NCBI GenBank assembly: GCA_903934925.1
Contig: CAIZPS010000054.1
Span: 1 to 48,362 of the forward strand
Direction of reading: 5' to 3'
DNA length: 48,362 nucleotides
Source: an uncultured bacterium
GTDB taxonomy: Bacteria; Actinomycetota; Actinomycetes; S36-B12
The stretch's first letter is position 1. Each line of letters starts with the position of its first letter. Below, one piece after another: positions 1 to 7,552 of this stretch. The notes beneath the pieces were generated by a model. That model worked only from the letters and a program-made list of their open reading frames with translations, ran no database searches and had not been told where the DNA came from. A program made the position numbers and the translations under genes.

Positions 1-349
1 CCTTGACCTTGTTCTCGTAGCCGGCGTAGGAGTGGATCACGTACCAATCCCCCGGCGCCACCCGCATCTGCTCGCGGAAGGCGGCTACAGGGTCCTCATC
101 CTCGGCGAGGATCTCCTCGGCGACGATCTCCTCGGCGACGATCTCTTCGGCGACGAGCTCCGACTCGAGCACGACCGCCTCCGCCTCGACGATGGCAGCT
201 GCCTCCTCGAGGGCATCCTCGGCGTCGACGATGGCCTCCGCGACCTCCTCGGGGGTGGCGTCAGCAGGGATGTCGACGACGACCTCGTCACCGCCGGGCG
301 CGGTGGCGAACGGGTCGATCGAGGGCGACGTGGGGTCCTGGTCGGACAC
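1..349 (-). CDS. nusG: Transcription termination/antitermination factor NusG, N-terminal part only (rest lies beyond window start)
   Basis: Absent from the ORF track because it runs off the window. My minus-strand translation from GTG (347-349) gives [14 protein letters not shown]...[49 protein letters not shown], ending in the conserved NGN-domain opening. AAGGAG lies at rc 360-365, 10 nt upstream. The gene is immediately downstream of secE. Confidence 0.85.
   Translation of the reverse strand, partial: MSDQDPTSPSIDPFATAPGGDEVVVDIPADATPEEVAEAIVDAEDALEEAAAIVEAEAVVLESELVAEEIVAEEIVAEEILAEDEDPVAAFREQMRVAPGDWYVIHSYAGYENKVK
101..160 (-). repeat. 15-nt in-frame tandem repeat x4 inside the nusG N-terminal acidic extension
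   Basis: Units are ctcggcgaggatctc / ctcggcgacgatctc / ctcggcgacgatctc / ttcggcgacgagctc. They encode the [20 protein letters not shown] pentapeptides. Confidence 0.9.
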
Positions 350-388
350 GGCGGTCAGTCTCCTTGGGTCGTCGGTCTGTAGCGGGCG

Positions 389-634
389 TCATCCGAAGAT
401 GAGCAGCACGCCTCGGGTGAATACGTAGTCGTAGCCCGCGATGATGCCGGCCATGATGAGGACGAAGATCACGACCACGGTCGTGTAGGCGATCAGCTCC
501 TTGCGCGTCGGCCAGATGACCTTGCGCAACTCGGCGACCACCTGGCGGATGAACAGGGCCAGGCGCGAGAACACACTGCCCTTGTCCTTGCGACCGCGGG
601 ATTCGCGGTCGGACACGGCATCGGTGTCCGTCAT
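389..634 (-). CDS. secE: Preprotein translocase subunit SecE (81 aa)
   Basis: The C-terminal 81 codons of ORF 389..1165 read [72 protein letters not shown]. This is a typical SecE (VxELRKVxWPTRxE plus a single TM helix). ATG is at 632-634 with AAGGAG at rc 642-647. The tRNA-Trp-secE-nusG order is as expected. Confidence 0.9.
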   Translation of the reverse strand: MTDTDAVSDRESRGRKDKGSVFSRLALFIRQVVAELRKVIWPTRKELIAYTTVVVIFVLIMAGIIAGYDYVFTRGVLLIFG

Positions 635-647
635 CGTCCAGCTCCTT

Positions 648-713
648 ATCTCGTGCTCGTGTCCTGATCTCGTGCTCGTGTCCTGCTCAGGTCGTGCTCG
701 GGTCGTGCTCCGG
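648..713. repeat. Tandem repeats in the tRNA-Trp/secE spacer
   Basis: Two identical 19-nt units atctcgtgctcgtgtcctg lie at 648-666 and 667-685. They are followed by gtcgtgctcgg (691-701) and gtcgtgctccgg (702-713). The array abuts the secE SD. Confidence 0.85.
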
Positions 714-761
714 TGGTACGAGAGTCGTGCCTGGACCGCCTGCGATGCGCAGGGCACCTCG

Positions 762-834
762 CAGGGCCGGAGGGACTTGAACCCCCAACCGCCGGTTTTG
801 GAGACCGGTGCTCTACCAATTGAGCTACGACCCT
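762..834 (-). tRNA. tRNA-Trp (anticodon CCA)
   Basis: The reverse complement reads AGGGTCGTAGCTCAATTGGTAGAGCACCGGTCTCCAAAACCGGCGGTTGGGGGTTCAAGTCCCTCCGGCCCTG. It folds as a cloverleaf with a 7-bp acceptor stem, a GTTCAAG T-loop and a CT-CCA-AA anticodon loop. No CCA is encoded. Confidence 0.92.
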
Positions 835-1025
835 CCGAAGCCGTCCGGGGACGACTCCGCTTGATGCGTCGGAGGGCAGGCTCACGCCGACCTACTTCAG
901 CGAAGGGGGAGTCTACGTGGCCGCCCCGAGGCGGGTCCAATCCGGTCCCCCACGGACGACAGCCCCCGGGTCCGCTCGCACGGCCCTCTCCGGGGACGGG
1001 GCAGACCGGCTGCAAGGATGCTCCC

Positions 1026-2231
1026 ATGACCGAATCGCGCCTCTCCCGCCGCATTGCGGCCATCTCCGAGTCCGCCACCCTCGCCGTCGACGCCAAGGCA
1101 AAGGCCCTCAAGGCCGCCGGGCGTCCGGTCATCGGGTTCGGCGCCGGCGAGCCCGACTTCCCCACTCCCGACTACATCGTGGCCGCAGCGCAGGCGGCCT
1201 GCGCCGATGCCCGCTGGCACCGCTACACCCCGGCAGGGGGGCTGCCCGAGCTCAAGGAGGCGATCGCGGTCAAGACGCTCCGCGACTCCGGGTACGCGGT
1301 CAAGGCCAGCCAGGTGCTGGTCACCAATGGCGGCAAGCAGGCTCTCTACAACGCCTTCGCCTCCCTGCTCAACCCCGGCGACGAGGCACTGCTGCCCGCT
1401 CCCTACTGGACCACCTACCCGGAGGCGATCCGCCTTGCGGGCGGCGTGCCGGTCGAGGTGATGACGGACGAGACATCCGGCTACCGCGCCACCGTGGCGC
1501 AGCTCGAGGCCGCTCGCACCGAACGCACGACGATGCTCGTCTTCGTCTCGCCGTCGAACCCGACGGGCGCGGTGTACTCCCCCGCCGAGGTGGCCGAGAT
1601 CGGTCGCTGGGCCGCCGAGCACGGCCTGTGGGTCGTGACGGACGAGATCTACGAGCATCTGGTCTACGGCGACGCTGAGTTCTCGTCGATGCCGGTACTG
1701 GTGCCCGAACTCGCCGACCGCTGCGTCATCGTCAACGGGGTCGCGAAGACCTACGCCATGACGGGCTGGCGCGTGGGCTGGATGATCGGACCCGACGACA
1801 TCGTCAAGGGAGCCACCAACCTGCAGTCGCACGCCACGTCCAACGTTGCGAACGTCTCACAGGTCGCCGCACTTGCCGCCGTGAGCGGCGACCTCTCCGC
1901 GGTGGACGCAATGAAAGTCGCCTTCGACCGGCGCCGCCTGCTCATCACAGGCCTGCTGGACGCCATCCCCGGTGTGGCCTGCCCGATGCCGGAGGGAGCG
2001 TTCTACGTGTACCCGTCGGTGAAGGGGCTGATCGGACGCACGCTGCGCGGGGCCACGATCGAGTCCTCCAGCCAACTCGCCGGACTCATCCTCGACGAGG
2101 TCGAGGTGGCTGTCGTTCCCGGTGAGGCCTTCGGCACCCCGGGGTATCTGCGGCTTTCGTACGCCACCTCCGATGCGGATATCACCGAGGGAGTCAGCCG
2201 CATGGCCGCCCTGCTGGGTGAGGCGCAGTAG
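1026..2231 (+). CDS. aspC: Aspartate aminotransferase (class I PLP-dependent aminotransferase), 401 aa
   Basis: The product starts [48 protein letters not shown]. It also contains SPSNPTG and the PLP-lysine motif [13 protein letters not shown]. The upstream part of track ORF 501..2231 overlaps the tRNA and secE and is not coding. Confidence 0.9.
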   Translation: MTESRLSRRIAAISESATLAVDAKAKALKAAGRPVIGFGAGEPDFPTPDYIVAAAQAACADARWHRYTPAGGLPELKEAIAVKTLRDSGYAVKASQVLVTNGGKQALYNAFASLLNPGDEALLPAPYWTTYPEAIRLAGGVPVEVMTDETSGYRATVAQLEAARTERTTMLVFVSPSNPTGAVYSPAEVAEIGRWAAEHGLWVVTDEIYEHLVYGDAEFSSMPVLVPELADRCVIVNGVAKTYAMTGWRVGWMIGPDDIVKGATNLQSHATSNVANVSQVAALAAVSGDLSAVDAMKVAFDRRRLLITGLLDAIPGVACPMPEGAFYVYPSVKGLIGRTLRGATIESSSQLAGLILDEVEVAVVPGEAFGTPGYLRLSYATSDADITEGVSRMAALLGEAQ

Positions 2232-2242
2232 CCCCCGAAGAA

Positions 2243-3274
2243 CTAGAGGGTCAGGCCGACCAGGACTGGCTCCGGCTCGAGCGTGATCCCGAACGCCGCG
2301 TGTACGTGCGCGCGCACGTCACGGGCCAGATCAACCACCTCCGCAGCAGTCGCTCCGCCCCGGTTGCACAAAGCAAGCGAGTGCTTCGTGGAGATCGCAG
2401 CACGCGACCCGGGCAGCGCATAGCCGCGCTCGATCCCGGCCTCGCCGATCAGCCAGGCCGCGCTGACCTTGACACCGTCGGACGCCGGGAAGCGCGGGCA
2501 CCCGTCCGGCAGTGCACCCGCCGTAGCCTCGCTGACGACGGGATTGGTGAAGAAGGATCCCGCGCTCCAGGTGTCGTGGTCGGACTCCGACAGCACCATG
2601 CCCTTGCGTGCCCGCAGAGACAGGACCGCCCCACGGATGGCCTGGACATCAGCCGAGCCGCCGATCTCGGTGCCGAGGGCGTCAGCAAGTTCGGCATAGC
2701 TGACCGTCCCGAGATCGCCCGTGCGCAGTTGCATCGTGACCGACAGCACCACCCAGCGTTGTGGATCCTGCTTGAGAGCGCTCGTGCGGTACGCGAACGA
2801 GCAGTTCTCGCTCGCGAGGTCCGACACTGCACCCGATCGACGATCGAGCACGCGCACCGATCGGATCACCTGCGCCACCTCTTGACCGTAGGCGCCGACG
2901 TTCTGCACGGGCGTAGCACCGACCCGACCCGGGATTCCCGACAGCGCCTCGACGCCACTCCAACCATGAGCGACGACCCGCGAAACGACGTCATCCCAGA
3001 CCTCGCCGGCCGCGACGGTGAGCGTCACCTCGTCGCGACCCGTCTCGACGACGGTGACGCCGCGCGTCTCGACGGAGATGACGGTGCCACGGAATCCCTC
3101 GTCAGCCACCAGCAGATTGCTGCCACCACCGAGAAGCAGCACCGGACGACCGTCGCTGTCGGCGGCCGTTACCGCGGCGACGAGGGCGTCGTCCGATTCG
3201 GCGGTGTGCCACGAGTCAGCGGGCCCGCCGACACGCAGGGTCGTATGCGAGGCGAGCGAGAGGTCGACGTCCAT
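2243..3274 (-). CDS. murB: UDP-N-acetylenolpyruvoylglucosamine reductase MurB
   Basis: The 343-aa product has HTTLRVGGPA and LLLGGGSNLLV (FAD-binding PCMH domain), plus SAGSFFTNP and VSAAWLIE-type C-terminal motifs. Confidence 0.9.
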   Translation of the reverse strand: MDVDLSLASHTTLRVGGPADSWHTAESDDALVAAVTAADSDGRPVLLLGGGSNLLVADEGFRGTVISVETRGVTVVETGRDEVTLTVAAGEVWDDVVSRVVAHGWSGVEALSGIPGRVGATPVQNVGAYGQEVAQVIRSVRVLDRRSGAVSDLASENCSFAYRTSALKQDPQRWVVLSVTMQLRTGDLGTVSYAELADALGTEIGGSADVQAIRGAVLSLRARKGMVLSESDHDTWSAGSFFTNPVVSEATAGALPDGCPRFPASDGVKVSAAWLIGEAGIERGYALPGSRAAISTKHSLALCNRGGATAAEVVDLARDVRAHVHAAFGITLEPEPVLVGLTL

Positions 3275-3276
3275 CG

Positions 3277-3699
3277 TCAGGAGAGGCGCACCACGGCCTG
3301 CGCCTTGCCGAGCACCGTCGCTCCGTCAAAGGTCGCGGTAAGTGCAATGCGCGCAGTGCCGTCATCATCGATGGCGGAGACGCTAGCGGAGACGGTGATC
3401 TCAGCACCCGCATCGTCGTCAGGCACGATCACGGGGCGGGTGAAGCGCACGCCGTACTCGAGGAGCGCAGCCGGATCATCCAGCCAGTCAGTGACAACTC
3501 GACCAGCGAGGGCCATCGTCAGCATGCCGTGGGCGATGACATCGGGCAGGCCCACCGCTGTGGCCACACGCTCGTTCCAGTGGATGACGTTGAAGTCGCC
3601 CGATGCTCCCGCGTAGCGCACGAGGTCGGCACGAGTGATCGTGAAGGACTGCGAAGGCAACTCGGCACCAACCTCGACGTCCGCGAGCCGGGGAGCCAT
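3277..3699 (-). CDS. MaoC-like (R)-specific hydratase, HadB-like subunit
   Basis: The 140-aa product has the hot-dog fold motif YAGASGDFNVIHWNERVA...GLPDVIAHGM. Its start overlaps the stop of the upstream partner by 1 nt (TGATG at 3697-3701). Confidence 0.8.
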   Translation of the reverse strand: MAPRLADVEVGAELPSQSFTITRADLVRYAGASGDFNVIHWNERVATAVGLPDVIAHGMLTMALAGRVVTDWLDDPAALLEYGVRFTRPVIVPDDDAGAEITVSASVSAIDDDGTARIALTATFDGATVLGKAQAVVRLS

Positions 3700-4151
3700 C
3701 AGGCCTCCTCAGGGCCGCGTGCGACCAGCAGGGCCCGAGTGGTGGCCACCGGCTCGCCCTCGACCGTCGTGATGTCGCCGCGGGTCGTGATCATGTCATT
3801 GCCGGCCGTGGTGCGGATGCTCTCGATGGTCGTGGACACGACGAGCTCGTCGCCAGCAACGATGGGGCGCCTGTACTCGAATCGCTGCTCCCCATGCACG
3901 ACGCGCGAGTAGTCGAGGCCGAGTTCCGGGTCGCGAATGACCGCACCGCTGGCCTGGAGGGAGAGAACGACGGCGAATGTCGGGGGCGCTACCACGTCCG
4001 CATATCCGAAGGCACGCGCCGCGGAGACGTCGTGAGACACGGGATTGGCGTCACCGATCGCGGCAGCGAACTCCCGGATCTTCTCGCGGGCCACGACATA
4101 ACTCGGTCCGGGTGGATACACCCGCCCGACGAAGTCCGGGTTCAGCGCCAT
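3699..4151 (-). CDS. FAS1-like/MaoC N-terminal-type dehydratase, HadA-like subunit
   Basis: The 150-aa product contains VVAREKIREFAAAIGDANPV...APPTFAVV. The rpmG / HadA-like / HadB-like gene order is as I recall for actinobacteria. Confidence 0.75.
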   Translation of the reverse strand: MALNPDFVGRVYPPGPSYVVAREKIREFAAAIGDANPVSHDVSAARAFGYADVVAPPTFAVVLSLQASGAVIRDPELGLDYSRVVHGEQRFEYRRPIVAGDELVVSTTIESIRTTAGNDMITTRGDITTVEGEPVATTRALLVARGPEEA

Positions 4152-4160
4152 GCGAGGCGT

Positions 4161-4328
4161 CTAGCGCGTTTCCTTGTGCCCGGTGTGCTTGCCGCAGGTC
4201 GGGCAGAACTTCTTCACCTCGAGGCGGTCCGGATCGTTCCGGCGGTTCTTCTTGGTGATGTAGTTCCGGTTCTTGCACTCTTCGCACGCCATGGTGATCT
4301 TCGGACGAATGTCCGTTGCCTTGGCCAC
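4161..4328 (-). CDS. rpmG: 50S ribosomal protein L33 (55 aa, zinc-ribbon C+ form)
   Basis: From the GTG start at 4326-4328 the product reads (M)[54 protein letters not shown], with CxxC...CxxC. The rest of track ORF 4161..4649 runs through tRNA genes. Confidence 0.92.
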   Translation of the reverse strand: MAKATDIRPKITMACEECKNRNYITKKNRRNDPDRLEVKKFCPTCGKHTGHKETR

Positions 4329-4350
4329 TGTCTTCTGCCTTTCGTGTGGG

Positions 4351-4426
4351 CTGCTCGGCAAGGGTCCTTGTCGAACATGGCGGATCCGGTCTGTTCGGCA
4401 AGGGTCCTTGTCGAACATCGCGGATC
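4351..4426. repeat. Duplicated 36-nt element (period 40), each copy containing a near-perfect 22-bp palindrome, between tRNA-Met and rpmG
   Basis: Copy A is 4351-4386 and copy B is 4391-4426; they differ at 2 of 36 positions. The palindrome ttcggcaagg-gt-ccttgtcgaa lies at 4394-4415, and at 4354-4375 with one extra mismatch. Confidence 0.85.
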
Positions 4427-4429
4427 GAG

Positions 4430-4502
4430 TAGCGGAGGCCGGACTTGAACCGGCGACACAGCGATTATGAGCCGCTTGCTCTACCAACTGAGCTACCCCG
4501 CC
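4430..4502 (-). tRNA. tRNA-Met (anticodon CAT), elongator type
   Basis: The reverse complement reads GGCGGGGTAGCTCAGTTGGTAGAGCAAGCGGCTCATAATCGCTGTGTCGCCGGTTCAAGTCCGGCCTCCGCTA. It has a canonical D-arm and T-arm. The anticodon stem lacks the three consecutive G-C pairs of initiator tRNA. Confidence 0.9.
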
Positions 4503-4552
4503 GCAGGTGGGACGACGTTCATCATCCCACCGACTCCCGTGAGGGAGACTCG

Positions 4553-4624
4553 AGCCCCTTCCGGGAATCGGACCCGGTACCTCGCCCTTACCAAGGGAGC
4601 GCTCTACCAATGAGCTAAAGGGGC
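4553..4624 (-). tRNA. tRNA-Thr (anticodon GGT), with non-canonical T-loop
   Basis: The reverse complement reads GCCCCTTTAGCTCATTGGTAGAGCGCTCCCTTGGTAAGGGCGAGGTACCGGGTCCGATTCCCGGAAGGGGCT. The acceptor stem is a perfect 7 bp and the anticodon loop is TT-GGT-AA. The T-loop reads TCCGATT (C where U55 is expected), and there is one U-C mismatch in the anticodon stem. Confidence 0.8.
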
Positions 4625-4726
4625 AGATAAGCCTGCCGATCGTACACAAGCAGGCTCCTGCGCTGGAAATCGGCCGATCCAGCCCCTTCGAGGTCCGTCG
4701 GAGGCCTGACAGGGTTGACTGGGGTC

Positions 4727-5692
4727 ATGGAGAGCAACGCGTCACACGGAATCCCGTCCGACTGGGGTATGGCCGACCTGCCGGACCTGACCGGCCGTAC
4801 GGCGATCGTCACCGGGGCCACCTCAGGCATCGGGCTGGTCACGGCGCGAGCGCTGGCCGGTCGCGGGGCAGCCACGACCCTCGCGGTACGCGACACGAGC
4901 CGGGGCGAGGCCACTGCAGACACCATCCGGCGTACTCACCCCGGCGCCCTCGTCGAGGTGGGGAGGCTGGATCTCGCCGACCTGGGCTCTGTGCGCGACT
5001 TCGCCGCGGCGTGGAGCAGCGACCATGACTCCGGCCTGGACCTGCTGATCAACAATGCCGGGGTGATGGCCCTGCCACGACGGGAGAGCCCAGACGGCTT
5101 CGAGATGCAGCTCGCGACGAACCACCTCGGGCACTTCGCCCTCACCGGGCTCCTGCTGCCCGCCCTCGTCGCCCGGCCCCGATCCCGGGTCGTGACGGTG
5201 TCGTCCACGGCCCACCGCATGGGACGCATCGACTTCGACGATCTGCAGGGCCGTCGGCGCTACAGCGCCTGGCGCGCCTACGGCCAGAGCAAGCTCGCGA
5301 ACCTGCTGTTCGCCATGGAACTCCAGCGGCGCCTCGATCTCAACGGCATCCCCACTCTCTCCCTGGCCGCGCACCCGGGCTATTCCGCGACGAACCTGCA
5401 GGCCGCCGGCCCCCAGATGAGGGGACGCGACTGGCTGGCCGGTCCCATCGCGGCGATGAACCGGGTCCTGGCCCAGAGCCCTGAGCAGGGTGCCCTGCCC
5501 ACGCTTCTGGCTGCCACCTTCCCGGGTCTGGCCGGAGGCTCGTACATCGGACCGGACGGCTTCCTCGAGGCGCGCGGACATCCCCGACTGGTCGACCGCT
5601 CGCCCGCGGCACGCGACGAGGCCACCGCGCGACGTCTGTGGGACATCAGCGAGGAGCTGACCGGCGTCAGCTATCCCCTGGACCTGCCGTGA
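4727..5692 (+). CDS. Short-chain dehydrogenase/reductase family oxidoreductase
   Basis: The product has the Rossmann motif TAIVTGATSGIG, NNAG, and the catalytic YGQSK (YxxxK). The start is set at ATG 4727 because the conserved W-x-x-A-D-L-P-D-L-x-G-R lead-in lies upstream of the later Met. The track start is TTG 4715. Confidence 0.8.
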   Translation: MESNASHGIPSDWGMADLPDLTGRTAIVTGATSGIGLVTARALAGRGAATTLAVRDTSRGEATADTIRRTHPGALVEVGRLDLADLGSVRDFAAAWSSDHDSGLDLLINNAGVMALPRRESPDGFEMQLATNHLGHFALTGLLLPALVARPRSRVVTVSSTAHRMGRIDFDDLQGRRRYSAWRAYGQSKLANLLFAMELQRRLDLNGIPTLSLAAHPGYSATNLQAAGPQMRGRDWLAGPIAAMNRVLAQSPEQGALPTLLAATFPGLAGGSYIGPDGFLEARGHPRLVDRSPAARDEATARRLWDISEELTGVSYPLDLP

Positions 5693-6708
5693 CCACTCCG
5701 CCGCTTCGCATGCCGGCGGAGTGGGAGCCGCACGAGCGAACGTGGATGGCCTGGCCGACCTCCGGGTACACCCTCGGCGACACAGCCGAAGCAGCCGACG
5801 AGGCGCGCACCGCCTGGGCGGAGGTCGCGAATGCCATCGTGCGCTTCGAGCCGGTCACGATGGTCGTGGATCCCATCGATGCCAGCAGCTGCCGAGCGTG
5901 GCTCGACGATGCCGTGGACGTGGTCGAGGCCCCCTTAGACGATGCCTGGATGCGCGACATCGGGCCGACGTTCGTGCAGACGGCTGATGGCGACATCGCC
6001 GGCATCGACTGGGTGTTCAATGGATGGGGCGGCCAGGACTGGGCCACCTGGACCAAGGACGCCGAGATCGCCGAGCGCATCTGCCGCACCGTCGGCGTGG
6101 CACCCATCCCGTCGACGCTCACCAACGAGGGCGGCGGCGTCCACGTCAATGGCGAGGGCACCGTGCTGCTCACACGCACGGTTCAGCTCGACCCCGGGCG
6201 CAATCCCGGCTGGACTGCCGAGGATGTGGAGGCCGAGCTCGCGCAAACCCTCGGGGTGGAGCGATTCGTGTGGCTCGAGCGCGGACTCACGCGCGACTAC
6301 GACGAGTTCGGCACCCGGGGGCACGTCGACATCGTCGCCTGCTTCAGCGATGCCTCCACGGTGCTCGTGCACGACCAGACGGCTTCAGAGCACCCCGACT
6401 TCGAGGTCAGCCGTGAAGTCAAGGCACTCCTCGCGGCCGTTCCCGGGCTGACCATCGTGCCGGTTCCAGCACCCGACATCCTGCGCGACGATGAAGGCTG
6501 GGTCGACTACAGCTACATCAACCACTACGTCTGCAACGGCGCCGTCATCCTGTGCGCCTTCGATGACCCAGGTGACGAGCGGGCTGCCGCGATCCTCGCC
6601 GACGCCTACCCCGATCGCGAGATCGTGCTGGTAGATGCCCGTCCGCTGTTCGCGCGCGGCGGCGGCATCCACTGCATCACCCAGCAGCAGCCGGCTCCTC
6701 AACAGTGA
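5689..6708 (+). CDS. aguA: Agmatine deiminase family protein (PAD_porph type)
   Basis: The product has MPAEWEPHERTWMAWP near the N-terminus and the C-terminal catalytic-Cys motif GGGIHCITQQQP. A candidate GTG start at 5689 overlaps the SDR stop (GTGA); the alternative start is ATG 5710. Confidence 0.85.
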   Translation: MTTPPLRMPAEWEPHERTWMAWPTSGYTLGDTAEAADEARTAWAEVANAIVRFEPVTMVVDPIDASSCRAWLDDAVDVVEAPLDDAWMRDIGPTFVQTADGDIAGIDWVFNGWGGQDWATWTKDAEIAERICRTVGVAPIPSTLTNEGGGVHVNGEGTVLLTRTVQLDPGRNPGWTAEDVEAELAQTLGVERFVWLERGLTRDYDEFGTRGHVDIVACFSDASTVLVHDQTASEHPDFEVSREVKALLAAVPGLTIVPVPAPDILRDDEGWVDYSYINHYVCNGAVILCAFDDPGDERAAAILADAYPDREIVLVDARPLFARGGGIHCITQQQPAPQQ

Positions 6709-6725
6709 CCGACTGCTGCACGAGC

Positions 6726-6758
6726 GAGGGCCCGGATCCGTCGTGGATCCGGGCCCTC
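6726..6758. terminator. Perfect 14-bp stem / 5-nt loop hairpin between the convergent aguA and tRNA-Tyr
   Basis: The sequence is gagggcccggatcc-gtcgt-ggatccgggccctc. There is no U-tract on either strand, so its function as a bidirectional terminator is inferred from position only. Confidence 0.55.
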
Positions 6759-6763
6759 GTGCG

Positions 6764-6845
6764 TGGCGGGTGAAGGATTCGAACCTTCGAAGGCAAAGCC
6801 GACGGATTTACAGTCCGCTCCCATTGGCCGCTCGGGCAACCCGCC
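6764..6845 (-). tRNA. tRNA-Tyr (anticodon GTA), long variable arm
   Basis: The reverse complement reads GGCGGGTTGCCCGAGCGGCCAATGGGAGCGGACTGTAAATCCGTCGGCTTTGCCTTCGAAGGTTCGAATCCTTCACCCGCCA. It is 82 nt, a class II tRNA with a GTTCGAAT T-loop. Confidence 0.92.
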
Positions 6846-6898
6846 AGGGTGCAGCCGAAAGGATACACAGCACGGACGGAGGGCTGTCCCCGGCTGTC

Positions 6899-7534
6899 TC
6901 ACGCACGTGCACGCTCGACGGCTGCAGCGAAGGACGGCTCCTGCTCGCCACAGTCGTCCAGCGCCCCCGGTCCGCTCGGGACGCCAATGAAGCGGATGCC
7001 GGCTCTCGCGGCGGCCTGCGCATCCCAACGAGAGTCGCCGATCATCACAGCACGGGCCGGAGTCACATTGAGGTACTCGCAAGCCGCGAGCAACCCGTCG
7101 GGCTCAGGCTTGGGAAGGACATATGCGTCACGGCCAACCACGACATCGACCTCAAGACCCATGCGGATACCGTGAAGCGCCAGGACATCCGGCACGACAT
7201 CCGGGGCGACCAGGGTCACCACCCCGACCGGGATGCTGCACAACACAGGCAGCGTTGTCCCGACCGTCGGCATCACCGTCGAGAACGGGATGGCCGCCCG
7301 CTCATGCCTCGCGATCGCCTCTGACACCTGCGTCCATCGCGAATCACCCGCGAGCGAGTGAAGAACGGACATACAGGCCATCGTCGGGGCATCCCAGTCC
7401 GTCTCGGGGACGTCGGCGACGTCCCAGGATCCGAGGAGGTCGCGAACATCGGCCAGGGCCGCGCCATAGTCTGTGAAGGACTGCAGATCGACTAGCGTGC
7501 GATCGAGGTCAAGGAGCAGTGCATCGGCCGCCAC
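6899..7534 (-). CDS. HAD-superfamily hydrolase (211 aa)
   Basis: This is the C-terminal part of track ORF 6899..9490. It reads VAADALLLDLDRTLVDL (DxDxT motif I) ... VVTLVAPD ... KPEPDGLL ... VMIGDSRWDAQAA (motif IV). The GTG at 7532-7534 is the last possible start before motif I. The remainder of the 863-aa ORF is antisense to the flavoprotein gene. Confidence 0.75.
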   Translation of the reverse strand: MAADALLLDLDRTLVDLQSFTDYGAALADVRDLLGSWDVADVPETDWDAPTMACMSVLHSLAGDSRWTQVSEAIARHERAAIPFSTVMPTVGTTLPVLCSIPVGVVTLVAPDVVPDVLALHGIRMGLEVDVVVGRDAYVLPKPEPDGLLAACEYLNVTPARAVMIGDSRWDAQAAARAGIRFIGVPSGPGALDDCGEQEPSFAAAVERARA

Positions 7535-7552
7535 GCATGCGAGGGTAGGCGC

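Noticed and set aside
3277-4151. HadA/HadB-like pair as evidence for mycolic acid synthesis
   Set aside because: The rpmG-linked MaoC-type hydratase pair is, as far as I recall, widespread in non-mycolate actinobacteria. There is no hadC and no other FAS-II or mycolate genes in the window.
4161-4328. Possibility that rpmG is a Zur-regulated zinc-independent (C-) L33 paralogue and that the upstream palindromes are Zur boxes
   Set aside because: The protein retains both CxxC pairs, so it is the C+ form. The palindrome is GC-rich, unlike the AT-rich Zur box I recall.
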